A DNA stretch of 63,991 nucleotides, the filler included, from Porpidia crustulata (Eukaryota): NCBI GenBank assembly GCA_964255105.1. It is 4 parts of 4 records of this genome, joined end to end, with 100 filler letters (N's around TTAATTAATTAA, not from the genome) between each part and the next. Parts side by side here need not be neighbours in the genome. Positions count along the whole stretch, not along the records: positions 48,661 to 63,991 come from CAXUWE010000320.1; 3 more parts are not named here. One strand, written 5' to 3'. A program made the translations under genes and the position numbers. Numbering within the stretch: position 1 is the first letter of the stretch; the number at the start of each line of letters is the position of its first letter. Below the pieces are notes generated by a model. It did not search any database and was not told the origin of the DNA. It saw only the letters and a program-made list of their open reading frames with translations. Below, one piece after another: positions 49,088 through 62,295 of the stretch.

Positions 49088-50325
49088 TCACCATCCAGCC
49101 TTCGATTGATCCCCGAACACGTGCTCAATCTGCTCCTGTGTCATCTTCTGCAACTCATCCCCCATGATAAGCTTCAGCTCCCCGATGGTCATCGCCACAA
49201 ACGCCATGGTCACGGCAACCTGGATCAGGCCGATCTTGGCGTACAGCTTCACCAAGCGCACACGCGCCGCCCAGCCGAACGTCTTCCAGGCGTCGAACAT
49301 GCCGACGGCGCCGGTGCCGCCGAGGACCTCGGGCTGGACTTTGCCGCCAAAGATGCGGTCGAAGGGAACGATGGACTCGTTCTCCTCGGGGAGCATGGAC
49401 GCCTGGACGCGGGTGAGACTGACGGTAGCGGGGAAGACGATGAGGACGGCCATGAGGAGGCCGGAGATGGCGACGAGGAAAAGTTGCTGCATGACCTTCT
49501 TGCGGGATGCCTCGTCACCGTCACCGAAGTGGGAGGGATCCTCTTGGTAGCGGTTGAGGCCGAAGGCTTGGAAGAGGGTGATGGGCATATAGAGCGCAAT
49601 TTGCTGCGCGATGGCCCAGACGGCAGTGGGGAGAATGACGTTGCGGGCGCTTTTGACGGAGGCGATACGGTGGTACCAGCGGGTGGTGGTAGGGGCACTG
49701 ATGACAATGTGTGTCCAGGTCATCTTGAGGCGGCATAGGATCACGGTGGTGAGAACTGCGAAGATGGGTTCGGCGCGAGGCTCGAGGCCGACGAAGAAGC
49801 GGAGGAGAAGCTGGTGGACGAGGTGGGTGACGGCCGCGATCTGAAGACCACGGAATCGAGACCATGGGCCAGCTTCTTTACGGAGATGATTGATTGTCGT
49901 GCGGATTCTGGAGGTGATGGGCTTCGCCTTTACGAGAAAGAGTTCGGCCTCGGTGGAAGGGGCTTTCTCAGAGACTTTTGTGTCTGTCGAGAGGAGCGGT
50001 GCGTCAGTCTCATCGGACTCGACAGGCTCAACCGTAATAGCGGTCGCCGTAGGGGTTTCGACCATGGTGAGAGTGGCTACAACGGCTCCATAGGTGTAGC
50101 GGATCTATTCTTCGAGTCAGCTTGAGTCGCCGAGTATAATCGTTGGATTAGACTAACAGCAAACATGGCGCCGACCCAGAGCAGCGCCGTAAGCCAGAGG
50201 GTCACGAACCCCCATGTTGGCATACGGAACACAGTCACTTCTGGCTCGTCAACGCTTTGTGATGTCCAGCCTTGTCGGGTGGCATCAATGCCACGGCTGA
50301 CAAGGTGGTGTACGACTCCCGACAT
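49088..50325 (-). CDS. Conserved fungal multi-pass membrane protein of unknown function, 2 exons
   Basis: ATG 50325 MSGVVHHLVSRG; intron GTTAGT..TAG; motifs KPITSRIRTTINHL, SRFRGL, WTHIVIS, LTRVQASMLPEENESIVPFDR; several TM helices. Confidence 0.85.
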
Positions 50326-50908
50326 GATGCTGGTGTCGAGAAAAGGGACTTTGACTATGAGGAGGACGTAGGAAATGAGAAAGAGGTATAAAGATATGAT
50401 AAATGGAAGCTGTACTGATGAGCAGCTTTTGTTGTTGAATAGAAAGGATGGACGGTGTACGTTGGCACATTCGAATCCCACATAGGCAGCAACCAACACC
50501 CGACCGCACAGCCCCGCCACTCAGGAACAACAATAGTAAAGAATGAAACGGACCCTAAGCTAATTATAGAGTAGCCTCGGCGCCCCCAGATCCCGACCCG
50601 ACCCCTTTCTTTGGTGTGAACCTCTATCAGACACTCAGACTATACGAGCACAGCATTATGGCTTTCCTTCACCTCGTTCTCAGAATGAAGATACCCAAAC
50701 ATATCTTCCTTACTTTATACGATAGCCCGTGCTTGCTTTCAACGGTAAAGTCATTTCATTCATTTATACATCTTGTATCTATTTTATCTCTGTGTACACG
50801 ACCCCAAACTCAACGAGGAGCATCCACATTTAGTGGGTCTTCTGTCCAGGTATCGTAGCTACAATACATCGGACTATTTTGATTGCTTCAAATGCGGCAA
50901 GCCGACCC

Positions 50909-53900
50909 TTAGCGATTCAAGGCGCCTTTACACCAACATGCGCTTGACTCTTCACGCTCGACCTGAACCAAGACGTCCAGGTTCCTTGCTTTCAAAAAGG
51001 CCACTGTCCTTTCCTTGATATCTTCCATATTTGTACCTTTACCGGCGATGACATGGATAACGCCAAGAACCTTTCTCTCTTCATTTTCTGCTAACCAAAA
51101 CTTTGGCACAGCATATTCAACAACACCCCTCAGCGCACTGACTCCTGCGAGCGCTTCCCTCAGATCAAATTCGGTATCTTCGGGTATGGTGAGTAAAAGG
51201 GTTCGGGCAGACGACACAACAAGAGGGATAGCCGACGCAAAGATCAGGATAGCGATGAGGCAAGAAGCCAGAGGGTCGAATCCAGCCCAGCCGTAGTAAT
51301 GGATCAAGAGAGTGGAAATCACAACCGCAACCGAACCCAGAGTATCAGCCAGAACATGTAGGAAGATGCCATGCATGTTCTCATTTCCATGGGAGTGACC
51401 GTGGGCGTGGGCGTGCGAGTGGGCATGAATGGGCTTTGAAGGCGTGGGTGGCACAGAATATGGCGAGGCCGTCGAGAGCGTCGAACCTGTGTGCGGGTGG
51501 TCATGAGCATGATTGTGGTCATGTCTCTCATGGGTATGGCCTTGGTGTTCGTGCTCGGAATGTTCTGGATGGGTATGTAGGGCATGATCATGATGATCAT
51601 GGTGGGCGTGGTCATGGTCTTGGTGAGAGTGCCCTGAGTGTTCAGGCCCAGAGTAGTCACGCCCGCCGTGTGAGTGGCCGTGATGCGCATGTCCGAAGGC
51701 TGTCATTCCAACAAGATTGACCGCAAGGCCCATGCTACTAACAGTCAAGAGCTCTCCAATTCTTTGCATTTCCACACCCTCCGATAGTCGCTCAATAGCT
51801 TCATAGACAATTTCAATGCTGATGAGCCTATACAGATACTTAGTCTGGTATACCAACTTATAGCGAGCTTTATGACTTACATGAGGAAGATTCCGTTCGC
51901 AAAACCAGCCAGAGTGTCTACTTTGCCGAAGCCATAAGGGAAGCGGATGCTCGGAGGCCATTTGCTCATGACGGCAGCACACAGGCCGACTACTAGCGCC
52001 AAGCAATCGAAGAACATGTGAATGCTGTCACTGAGCAATCCCAATGACCCAGTAGCTATCCCATAAAATGTTTGGACAATCATAAAAGCGAAGTTGAGGC
52101 TGCATCGTCTGTTAGTAGTGGTAAATTGGTGATGCACTTGAAGTATTATATTACCTCATGAAATAGAATATCCGTCGTGAATCTTTCTCAGCAAGAATAC
52201 TATGCAATAGCGGCCAATTCTGGCACAAGCGGAGCAGCGTCTCCGAGACTCTCGACGGCTGGTCATGAGACGCTGTATGCGAAGATTCGCGATGATGGTC
52301 ACGATGGGGATGCGCAGATCTAAAGAAAAGAGATTGGGTATCTTGTTTGATAGCAGCCAAGGAAACGCTAATAAAAACACATTGGTATGCAAAAGAGGGC
52401 CAAAGGTCATGATGTAGGACCGTTGAGAGAAAAGCACACATCAGAGCTCCAGCGGCTAATCCGACGTGTTTGCTTTGCCGAATGCTGTAGGGTTGTGCAA
52501 AGGTGTAAGACAGTACTGTGGCGCAAACGGAAAGGAGAAACCAGCCTAGAGCCATTGGGTCTAATGCGCCAGCGCTTTCTTTGGAAACAAAAAATATTAT
52601 GCAGCTTATGGCGCCAAGTAGTCCGCCAGCTATGAGAGTAGTATTTGTATCCTCGATAGTACAAATGAGGGGCGATAACGAGGTCTCGGTAGGCTTGACG
52701 ACGTCGGATTTTGCCAATACAGCAGAGCCTGCGGATCGTGGATGGGCGGTAGCATTAGCGACAGCGGAGGCCTTGGGTCTGGATGACGAAAAGGGAGGTG
52801 GAAGCGCCACAATGGATACTCCCAGGGCTACGTATCCAACCCAAGCCGTTCGCATAGTAATTTGATTAGTCAAGCCCGCAGAATCACAGCCAATCTGTAG
52901 CAGAATTGATGCTAGAGACCAGCGCTGGCCGATCAGAAGCCGTTTCCAACTTTTGATGCTTGAGAAATCAACACCATTACCGTCAACGGCCATCAACTTT
53001 GTCGCCAGTGCAATCAGTGTTACCAGAGTAACCCTGCTGGCTCCTACTTTCGCTGAAGCGTAAAACGGAAGCGCAATGCTTAGGATTCGGCCTAGAACGC
53101 TGCGAGCAGTCGAGAAAGTGACCTGGGTAAGCTGAGATTTGTCCGCATCAGCACTGTCCCGGTACAATTTTTTCTTCCGATCTGGCTCGTACGTGCTTCC
53201 AAACAGTCGGCCTGTGAAGCCCATTAGAAGTAACACCGCTGATGTAATAGCACATGTAGATAACATTCCAGGCTCGAAGGTCGAAAGGGTGCCAGGTGCG
53301 GCTTTAGTAATGGAATTGACGAAATCGCTGGTCGTCGACTGTTGTTTGGTGGACTGGCTTTTCTGTTCATCGTGTTGAAAAAGTGATGCTACGAGAAGTG
53401 GGATGAATATGAGCGCAACGCTACTAATCTCTGAAGGCGTGATCCATTTCCTTTCTATAGTCAGCACACAAGTCTAATATTATGTTCGCACTTAAGTGAG
53501 GCTTAGAACGAACCGCTCTGCTTCTTCCTCTACGGGCATAAACTTCTGATTGCTCGCAGGCTGGTAGCCGTAGCCGCTTTCTCGTAGACTGAGGTGGGTA
53601 GGAAGCCCCACGCTTCTCCTACGATCCATTCCTTTAGGTCTCATTGTAGCGCTGGAGCTTTGAGACTGCAAGCGCGCTGAAGGAAGGTTTGTCTTCGAAT
53701 CGAAATGGTCCTCGTCGACGCTCGGAAAGTCCTCTAAAGACTCTTGATTTGGGTTTGCATGCGCGTGAGATTTGAGATCACCAGGCAGCGGTCCGCCGTT
53801 TATCGAGTGGCCTCCGTTCATCGATGTGGGCTGTAGCGGGACCCGCTGGGTCATCGATTTCCGGCTATGCGAGTGTACATGACCGCCTCCGTGCTCCACG

Positions 53901-53941
53901 GTGGTGGAACTGGGAAATGCATAGCTTGCTGCCGCCATCAT
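50909..53941 (-). CDS. MSC2: Cation diffusion facilitator zinc transporter, Msc2/Cis4/ZnT5-like, 4 exons
   Basis: EKDSRRIFYF, SLGLLSDSIHMFFDC, FPYGFGKVDTLAGFANG, His-rich loop, NMHGIFLHVLADTLGSV; long N-terminal membrane extension. Confidence 0.9.
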
Positions 53942-54378
53942 CTAGCACCTTCCCAGTTATAATGGAAGTGGCTTCCTGCTCCCAATGCGCCTGTCATCCG
54001 AGATGAAGTTGACCAGCCATATCGAATGGGGAAACAGCAAAGACTCAGCTCAACATCCACCTCTTCACCTGTCTTGGGCTTTCTTTGTTTCTTTTACGGT
54101 TGTCATTGCCCCCATGAAAGAACAGCAAATGTAGGCCTCCCGTTTTAGTGTCAGGGGTATCGGCGATTTGCAACTCCGATTGGCTAGTGCCTGCTTTTAG
54201 TACGACTACTCCCTATCAATAATGTACTGCCTATTTTACCAAGCACCAGGAATTATTGATGTCCCTATCTGTAGGATTAATTAATCCAAAAGATGCGTCA
54301 CTCGGCTTTCCCGCCATGGGCAGCCACTAGCTGCTGTGGTATGCCTTTTCGCCGTCCATCTTTCAATCCTTGGTCCCG

Positions 54379-56018
54379 ATGGCCGACTTCGAGAGCTGGC
54401 TGCCATGGCTGTTGATGGTCTTTACTTTCGTCACAGTACTCATGCTACTTTGGCCAACTCAATATCGTAGAAAAAGTTCCAAGGATGGCGCGGTCACGCG
54501 TGAAAGGAGGGTGCATATCTTGGTACTCGGAGATATAGGACGAAGCCCCCGTATGCAGTATCATGCTCTCAGTATTGCGAAGCATGGAGGACAAGTCGAC
54601 TTTATAGGATACACAGGTTCATGTCGTCATTATCAATTGGCCTGCAGTATTGCTTACAGTCGCGCTCCAGAGTCCGATGTTCATGCTGAGGTTCTTTCAA
54701 GCCCTTCGATCACCATCCACCCTATCCGCCCCCCACCGGGCTTCTTGCAGACAACAAATCCATTGATGTTCCTTGTCCTAGGCCCCTTAAAAGTTTTATT
54801 ACAGACAGTCATTCTCTGGGTCATCTTAGGGTACAAGATCAAGCCGGGCGAGTGGATGCTCGTTCAGGTGAGCTAGCGGAGGGTTTTCTTCCACCTAAGC
54901 TTGTCAAATCTTTGGATTTTAGGTTCTTCGTTTCGTTATCATTTCCAGATCCAAGGCTCGAGTTCGCGATGTACCTCTTCTGTAGAATGAGATTTGGCGT
55001 GAGAAAGCCGAAAGACAATTGTAAATCTTTCAGCAGATCAACCTTCATTTACTAACCGTACTACATGTAGAATCCTCCTTCGATTCCGACTCTGTTTGTA
55101 GCTCAGATCGTATGTTTTACTCGAAACACTCGCTTGATCATCGACTGGCATAACTTTGGGTACTCCATACTGGCACTGAAGTTTGGGGTTGCACATCCAT
55201 TCGTTCAGCTTTCACGAGTATACGAACGAACGTTCTCGCGCTCTGCGGCTGCTCACTTTACTGTGACTAATGCAATGGCGTCTGTACTCAGAAAAGATTA
55301 CAAGATTACGTCGCCAGTCATACCTCTCCATGATCGCCCCCAACCAAATTTCCAGCCTCTCGACGCAGCGCAACGTCTAACGTTTCTTCGAAACTTCCCC
55401 GAGACATCTTCGCGAATCGATGAGCTCGAGAAGGGAAAGCTGAAGCTTTTAGTTAGCTCAACATCGTGGACACCGGACGAGGACTTCTCCTTACTTCTCA
55501 CGGCACTGAAGAGCTATTCCGACCTAGCAATTACTACTCATCCGCACTTACCCGAAATCCTCGCAATCATAACGGGGAAAGGACCTCAGAAGGCAGACTT
55601 CATAACACAGATCAAAGAGCTTGACACAGAGGGCAAACTCGAGATGGTAGACATTCGAACGGCCTGGCTAAGTAATGATGACTACGCAAGCCTGCTAGGT
55701 GCAGCAGATCTCGGTGTCAGCCTGCACACGAGCAGCAGTGGCGTAGATCTCCCCATGAAAGTCGTAGACATGTTTGGCGCTGGACTTCCTGTTGTCGGTT
55801 GGGGAGAATTCGAAGCATGGCCAGAGCTGGTCAAAGAGGGAATCAATGGTATGGGCTTTGGGAGTGCTACAGATTTAAGGGATAAGCTAGTAGATTTATT
55901 TGGTGGGAAGGAGATAAAGCTGCAGATTTTGAAAGCAGGAGCTATGAGGGAAGGCCAGCGACGATGGGATGACGAATGGGGCCCTGTCGCGGGACAGCTC
56001 CTTGAGCTTTGTTCTTGA
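54379..56018 (+). CDS. ALG1: Chitobiosyldiphosphodolichol beta-mannosyltransferase (GT33), 3 exons
   Basis: VLGDIGRSPRMQYHA, LVQ|NPPSIPT, IIDWHNFGYS, SSTSWTPDEDF, SLHTSSSGVDLPMKVVDMFG. Confidence 0.97.
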
Positions 56019-56216
56019 TACTTGATTCACGATTCACACGCGCCTTTGTAAGAATGCTGTAGTCATGCGAAACGTACAAGACCAGCCATGAATAAACCTA
56101 GTCTCGCTATGAGCACGGATGATAGGGCTGTCATTTAGGGCACGGGCAACCATAAACTCGATACGCCGACTTACGATGTACGATAGCCTCGTATGGTTGA
56201 ACGATCAGTCGCAAAC

Positions 56217-58346
56217 ATGCTGCCTGATGTTGAATTGAGTTTTCTTCCCTCTGTTCCCGATTGTCTAGCATGGTCTGAGGATGGCGAACTTGCCCAAGCT
56301 GCTGGTGAATTCGTCCATGTCCTGGTAAATTTCAGCTCTCGTTGATATCGATGGCATATGCGCTTACTGATCATTCAAGATCCCGCGGAGGAGGCCGCCT
56401 CTTCACGAACAGAACAGCATTCTCTCCACCCCTTGGGTACAGATCCGCATTCGCACAAACGTCTTTACCTGGGATGAATGGCCGCTCCTGGAGCCGGCCA
56501 GCTTCGACAATTTCTCGATTGGCCAAGAGCAATCTATGAGTAATGTCGTTGCTTTATCGTGGTCTCCTCCGGGCTTGGCTAAGCACCGTAGATGTGCCCT
56601 CACAATTCTCACAAGTAACTTGATTTTATCGCTTTGGGCTTCGACTTCGGACCCTGCAACACTCGCCAGCTGGGAGAGACTTTATGTTGTCAATACTGGT
56701 GTTTACCAGTCATTGGTTGGTAACAACAGTTTGTCAGGGAGTGCCGCTACTTTTACGGATCCAATTCTGCGCCGAATCCTGAGGATTCGGAGCGTAGCCT
56801 GGGCCCCCTTACTGCCTTTTGAATCGAGTCATAACGATGTGAGGTTTTCGGGGGGATCAGATTTATACTTTCTAGCAATTACAAACGACGATAATTCGGT
56901 ACTCTTCTTATCAGTAAGTAGCCCTTACATCAATGATTCCGCAATTTGGAGCGTGAGGATCGTAACGCAATACAATTTCGAAAAGAAGCAGACAGAATTC
57001 GAACAGAATCTTTCATATCTACACGGCTCCCTACTACAAATGGCGTCGAATCCTCGACCTTTCATCAACCGGGTATCATGGGCCGTTTGGAATCAAGCTG
57101 AAGGCCGTACAGAAATATTTATCAATTTTGATCGGGACAGTGTGAGCATTGGAAACGCCAAATTCCTTGTCTCCGCTGGCTTTCCTCTAAATGCGTCTAT
57201 TTCCAATTTGGCTGTCTCCTCTACTGCAAGCATTTTTACTCACAACGTAGATCGTCTTGAAATTAGCTCATTGAATATAACTCAGTCAACACTCCACAAG
57301 CAAGCCCTTCAGCTACGTGCTAAGTACGATGGTCAGAATAATTATGGTGGCTTATCATTCATCAAGTCTTGGGGTCTTGCTACCTATGAGAAATACCTAG
57401 CAATCTGTATCAGCATACACCCGGGAGACATGGTAGATCACGTTCTCGCGTCTGAAGAACGTGCAATGATACTTTTCAGCATTATTGGCACAGATCGGCT
57501 AAAAAAGGAGCTTGAGACTTTCTCATGGGAAATTGATTCAAGTCCAAGCCAATCTCTTAGTGTGCAGAGCACGATAATTGAGGCCGTATTCGATCTCGAA
57601 AGGCAGGGCAAAGTTGGAACAGGTGCACTCAGTAATGGGATCATATATGCAGTCGCATGTGCGAGCATGCTCTTATGGGATGCGGAGAGAGTGCGGCGTC
57701 TCTCACTTGCTAAAGAATTGCTTGAACGATTGGGGCAGAGGACAGATACTGATTTTAGCCCTGAGATCAATGCTTGTTTATATATGTTGGGAGCTCCTGG
57801 CATCAACATAGCGGAGGTAGCTGCAATTTTGGGAGAAGCTACTGGAGTTAGGAGCAGGGAAGATATCACCACGACAGGAAAATTATTCGATTTTTGCTCG
57901 ATTTGTGCGCATCCTATCAATTGGCAAAGTCTCTCTGATGCAACCTGCTCTGGAGGACACCATTTTGGTGCGTGCGCGGCCTCAAAACTTGGTGTCTTAA
58001 ATCTGGACTGACTTTGGAAATTTGAACAGCACGCTGCGCACTAACATTTCTCACTATCACAGAGCCTGGGATCTCCAAGTATTGTGAAATTTGTGGTCGC
58101 GAATTTCTCAATGAGCACGTTCTTCGAGAGTCGGCACAATACCCTGAACTTCTCTTAGTGGCTGAGGGTGAGAGATTTGTTCTCGACCATGATATTATCG
58201 ATGGTGACGAGGTAGGTTCCGAGCAGGGAGGAGCAATTTCCCACAGAGAAAAAATGGACGAGCTGCGAAACGCTCCTTCGATGGCCAGCTCGTTGTTCAA
58301 AAAGTTCGATGTTTGTCCGTACTGTTCAGGGAAGTATGTTGGTTGA
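56217..58346 (+). CDS. RNA polymerase III transcription factor TFIIIC delta/90-kDa-type subunit (Tfc8/Sfc9/GTF3C4-like), 3 exons
   Basis: CLAWSEDGELA, FSIGQEQS, LSWSPPGLAKHRRCALTILTSN; C-terminal Cys/His cluster CSIC..CSGGHHF|ARCALTF..CEIC..CPYCSGKY. Confidence 0.82.
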
Positions 58347-58609
58347 GGAATGCCGATCGGTACTGAAATGTCTCACTTCGTTTATCCAACTACGTCTAAT
58401 TTTTTTCCTTTGTGTCTTTGTCTTCTCTCCCGCTAAAGATCTGCTCTGACGAGCACTCGAAGATGCAGTAAATAGCTCCGCAAGCGGGTTTCCGCTTGCG
58501 GGTATTGCCCACAAAAACACCATGACCTCGAGAGCAGTATATCAAGTTCGACGCCGTTTCCCAGTACTTAGGCTCCTACATTCCAATATTTCAATCACTA
58601 CGGATCCGC

Positions 58610-60901
58610 ATGTCACCGAAAAATAAGATCAACATGGCTGACCAGAATGTACCTGCGCGAAATGGACTCCCAAATGCTCATTTCATTCCCCAGTCTCCTA
58701 AGTCTCCAAAATCTCCTACGACAAACCGGTTGTCTTTGTCCAACACTCCGAGCGCCTCCCCTAAACTTGTTGCTGCACCCGTCAGCCCTGTTCAAAGTAT
58801 AGTCACCGAGCTTGACCATACACCCGTTGTTTCCCCACGAAGTTCAGCAGTACCCTCAACCTCCAATAGCATTGGCCCCAATCGTACTATCGATCGTCTT
58901 GACGCACCTGATTCCGAGGATGATCTTCCTGCAAAGTCCGTGAGTGACTTTTCGGACTATCCGGAGGGAAGTGACGTGGGAATCAAGCGCCCGCCATTCA
59001 GTAGAGGTATAAGAGCGAGCTTGTCAAAAGATAGCCCCGCCGAGGCATTATCTTCAGTTCCCACTGATCCGAGCGCATTTCGAGAGTCAGACGGTTTGGT
59101 CACTAGTGGTTCCACGGCATACAAATCGAGAAGCGTATCTATGGATGGACAGACGAACACACCAGATGCACAGCGAAAGGAGAGCAGCGATAGCAGGATT
59201 TCTGACGTAGCCGAGTTATCAGGGGTAATTCCGCCCATAGTTCTGGAGGCTGTGGGAGATTCTCCAACACTAGGAAGGTTTCCAATGACAATAATGGTAG
59301 AGCCTCCTAAAGTACCTCAAAGTCACTTTTTAGCGCGAAATTGGTCAACCAAGGTTCAGAGATCGCAGAGTCCGATTCAGGACACTTTTGACGTCTCGCC
59401 AACAGATACACGTACCGATAAAGGACGGCATATGCCATTTCTCCCGAAGTTCCTTAGGTTGACGAGTGATGGGCGCGACAAGGAGGAGAAGAAGAGAAGC
59501 AATGGAGTCAAGAAAGACAGTCTACCTGGAGTGAAAGAAGAACCAAAGTCTTTCTTCAACTGCGATTCTAGCGACGACGAAGAAGGAGAATCGCCAGTGG
59601 TTGTACACGCCAAGCATGCCAGTATAATTCGTCCAGCAGTGGTTGATCATAGCCCAAGTCGAAGCCCGAGTCGTCAACCAAAAAGGTCTAAGGAGTTGTT
59701 GAGGGGCCGGCAAAGAGCTCCTGCAGAGGAAAATCTTAGCTCATCCAAAGCAAAGGCAGCGCAAGTCCTAGGAGAGGACGTAAGCGTTATTGGGGGAATA
59801 GGTGCTAAGAGAGCTGGTGTCGTTGGAACTCCTCCAGCTACAGAAATCGATGTCAAAGATGCTGAAGGTGCTTTCGGATCCGCGAAGGGATTGAACACTT
59901 GGAAGGACCCTGTTCCAAACTTTGCAAATGGATTGAGATCGCATCCTGTGAAGCCAGCGATACCGGAGAAGTCGTTCAAGCGGAAGGTCTCGTTCCCAGT
60001 ACCTCCGCTGGTCGAGATAAAGCCCGAGCATCGCTTGCTAAGGCAAAGCATTGTCAGTACACCGTATCCTCCAGAATCTCCAATCAAGCAGGGGAGTGAA
60101 GAACAGTATTCGTTATCGGGTCAGGCACTACGAGGATCTACAGAGCCAAAGACGGTACTAACGTTGGTACTATATAGTCACGGGAATCGTGCGCCGAAGA
60201 TCAAAAAAATTGTTGTCCCAGATTCGGAACAACGCACCTTGGTCGACAGCGATGAGAAAAGACCGGAGTACAGAGCTACGCTTAGGAGCAATTACGACGA
60301 CGAGAAACTTTTCAAGCTCGTCCGTGCCCAGTTTGCAGGCATGCGCGGATATTTCCGGACCATCGCAAGTGCGAGATCCGTAAATAGCCTGAAGCTGGAA
60401 TCCTACACTGCCCTTTCCCAGATGGCAGCCAGGCATATGGGACCCGTCTACCGATGGACTTTGACGGATCAAGCCGGCACCTTTGCCGAACAGCAACTGA
60501 TCGATCTTTATAAAAACCCTCGCCTCGCTCGAGGCAAGCAATACTGGATCGATTGGATTAGATTCGGCTCATCCAAAGCCACAGATAACGATTCTCATGT
60601 TGAAGAGGCAAAACTCGCCCTGCAAGCCACAGAGGGCTGGTGCTTTTCAAAGATCGCCATCGCCATTGTAGTTGTCCTGGTCCTCAGCCTTTTAGCGACG
60701 CTGTTGTGGACGTTCAAAGGAAGCAACGTCACCATAGAGTCCATAATTGGGGATAAAGGGTCATTCAGAGAGGCCGAGATAGAGCTGAGGGGAAAGGCAG
60801 GGGAAAGGTTGGCGGCAGGAGTTGCCTTGGGGCTGTTGGTTCTGATGTTGGGTTGGACGGGGATTGCAGGGTGGCTCTTGTTGAGCTGGGTAGCTATGTA
60901 G
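58610..60901 (+). CDS. Hypothetical protein with a disordered S/P-rich N-terminus and two C-terminal TM helices (763 aa)
   Basis: Intronless 2.3-kb ORF; C-terminal DDEKLF..MRG, EGW..KIAIAIVVVLVLSLLATLLW, GLLVLMLGWTGIAGW. Confidence 0.85.
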   Translation: MSPKNKINMADQNVPARNGLPNAHFIPQSPKSPKSPTTNRLSLSNTPSASPKLVAAPVSPVQSIVTELDHTPVVSPRSSAVPSTSNSIGPNRTIDRLDAPDSEDDLPAKSVSDFSDYPEGSDVGIKRPPFSRGIRASLSKDSPAEALSSVPTDPSAFRESDGLVTSGSTAYKSRSVSMDGQTNTPDAQRKESSDSRISDVAELSGVIPPIVLEAVGDSPTLGRFPMTIMVEPPKVPQSHFLARNWSTKVQRSQSPIQDTFDVSPTDTRTDKGRHMPFLPKFLRLTSDGRDKEEKKRSNGVKKDSLPGVKEEPKSFFNCDSSDDEEGESPVVVHAKHASIIRPAVVDHSPSRSPSRQPKRSKELLRGRQRAPAEENLSSSKAKAAQVLGEDVSVIGGIGAKRAGVVGTPPATEIDVKDAEGAFGSAKGLNTWKDPVPNFANGLRSHPVKPAIPEKSFKRKVSFPVPPLVEIKPEHRLLRQSIVSTPYPPESPIKQGSEEQYSLSGQALRGSTEPKTVLTLVLYSHGNRAPKIKKIVVPDSEQRTLVDSDEKRPEYRATLRSNYDDEKLFKLVRAQFAGMRGYFRTIASARSVNSLKLESYTALSQMAARHMGPVYRWTLTDQAGTFAEQQLIDLYKNPRLARGKQYWIDWIRFGSSKATDNDSHVEEAKLALQATEGWCFSKIAIAIVVVLVLSLLATLLWTFKGSNVTIESIIGDKGSFREAEIELRGKAGERLAAGVALGLLVLMLGWTGIAGWLLLSWVAM

Positions 60902-61384
60902 GTGGTGAGTGACAGAGCTAATTGATAGCTGGGGCTTCATTCAGGACGACATCCTCGTGAGGAAATGTATTCATATATCTGATAGACGATTAATATTAAT
61001 ATTAGCAGAACATGTGTACGTTCAATCTTTCGCTCAGTCTGCCTGACCTATTTTACACCTCCCGGAATTTCTTAGTTCAAACTTCAAGCTCTTAACACTC
61101 ACAGCTGGTCATTACTCCAAGACTGAATCCTGCAGGTCTAGGAGGCTATGACATGAAGAAATCTTCATTCATAAGAGGAGTGCGCCACAGTATTGATTTC
61201 GCTGATTCACATATTCCGTTTGCACAGCTGCGTCAGCTCTGCCTGCTCCCCAGACCCTCCTTCTCGTCAACTCCCTATGAAATAACACTCTCACCAACCA
61301 AAAACAACAAAACCTCTCAAACAAGTATCGCAATCCTGTGCCCAACCTCTCACTTGATCAACCTCCCCAGGTGAACCTTCAGCG

Positions 61385-61579
61385 ATGTCTAAAATTGACC
61401 GGATCAAGAAAGAACCGGAGACACCCAAAAAACCGGGAACAACAAGCAAAATGCTATCGAAGATCTTCTACTCCGACCCAAAATCGTCCTCATCGAACTC
61501 TGCCCAGAAACCAGAGCCGTTTCCCCAACGGCCCAAATCTCATGAAACGGGAAAGCCGAAGACCGGTCACAATGCGTGA
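61385..61579 (+). CDS. Possible small K/P/S-rich protein (64 aa)
   Basis: ATG-initiated ORF in a 1.5-kb intergenic gap; no homology recognised; lies in a skewed tract. Confidence 0.25.
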   Translation: MSKIDRIKKEPETPKKPGTTSKMLSKIFYSDPKSSSSNSAQKPEPFPQRPKSHETGKPKTGHNA

Positions 61580-62295
61580 GGTAGATTTTCGGATATCAGG
61601 GGGACTGGACCTAATGCAAGAGGGGATTCGGGAGTTCAGGGTGGAGGGGATAGGGGAAGAGGAGGGGGAGGTGACATCTGACTGCAAGCATGTGGAAAAG
61701 GATGGAGGAGTGGGATTGAGATTTCTGTCGTGGGATCGGTAGTCTGCATTTAGTCCTGGAACGATGGTATCCTTGAGGCTTGATTCTACACCTAAGGTAG
61801 TTTTCCTTGATATGTACTTGGATAGGCAAGCAAAACTAGAACATTATTTAAGGCTTACAAACATTCGAGCTGAGTAGCATCATGTCGACAGTATCTGCAA
61901 TGTAGTTCATTGCAAGACGCCAATGTTTGTGGTGAGAAGCAAATGAGAGGGCCAGGCCAAGGGAACATTTAATGAGAGGTCTTCTTTAATGCATCAAACT
62001 GTCTTCTTTTAGTCTCTGAAGACCGCAACGTTAATGTTGAAATATCAGAACTCGGTTAACACTGCAAATCGTGCTTAGGGCTTGGTAGAGAGATCTTTGA
62101 CGTTGTGTCCTGAAGATCCTACTCCGTTTGCTTCGAATGCATTCAAGAGCTCTCTCAGCTTCCACTTCCACTGGCAGACATGAAAAGACTGTGAAAGAAA
62201 TACTTTGGCAATAGCGGCGAATAAATAGGGAAGAGAACACTCCTGCTGCTGTTTGTAGGGCTGACCCGCAAGCCTTTCGACCGGCGAAAAAGCAA

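Noticed and set aside
49106..49738. Long antisense/overlapping ORFs (also 19385..20041, 33996..34553, 37476..37976, 47284..47757)
   Set aside because: Shadows of GC-rich coding sequence on the opposite strand, with no independent motifs.
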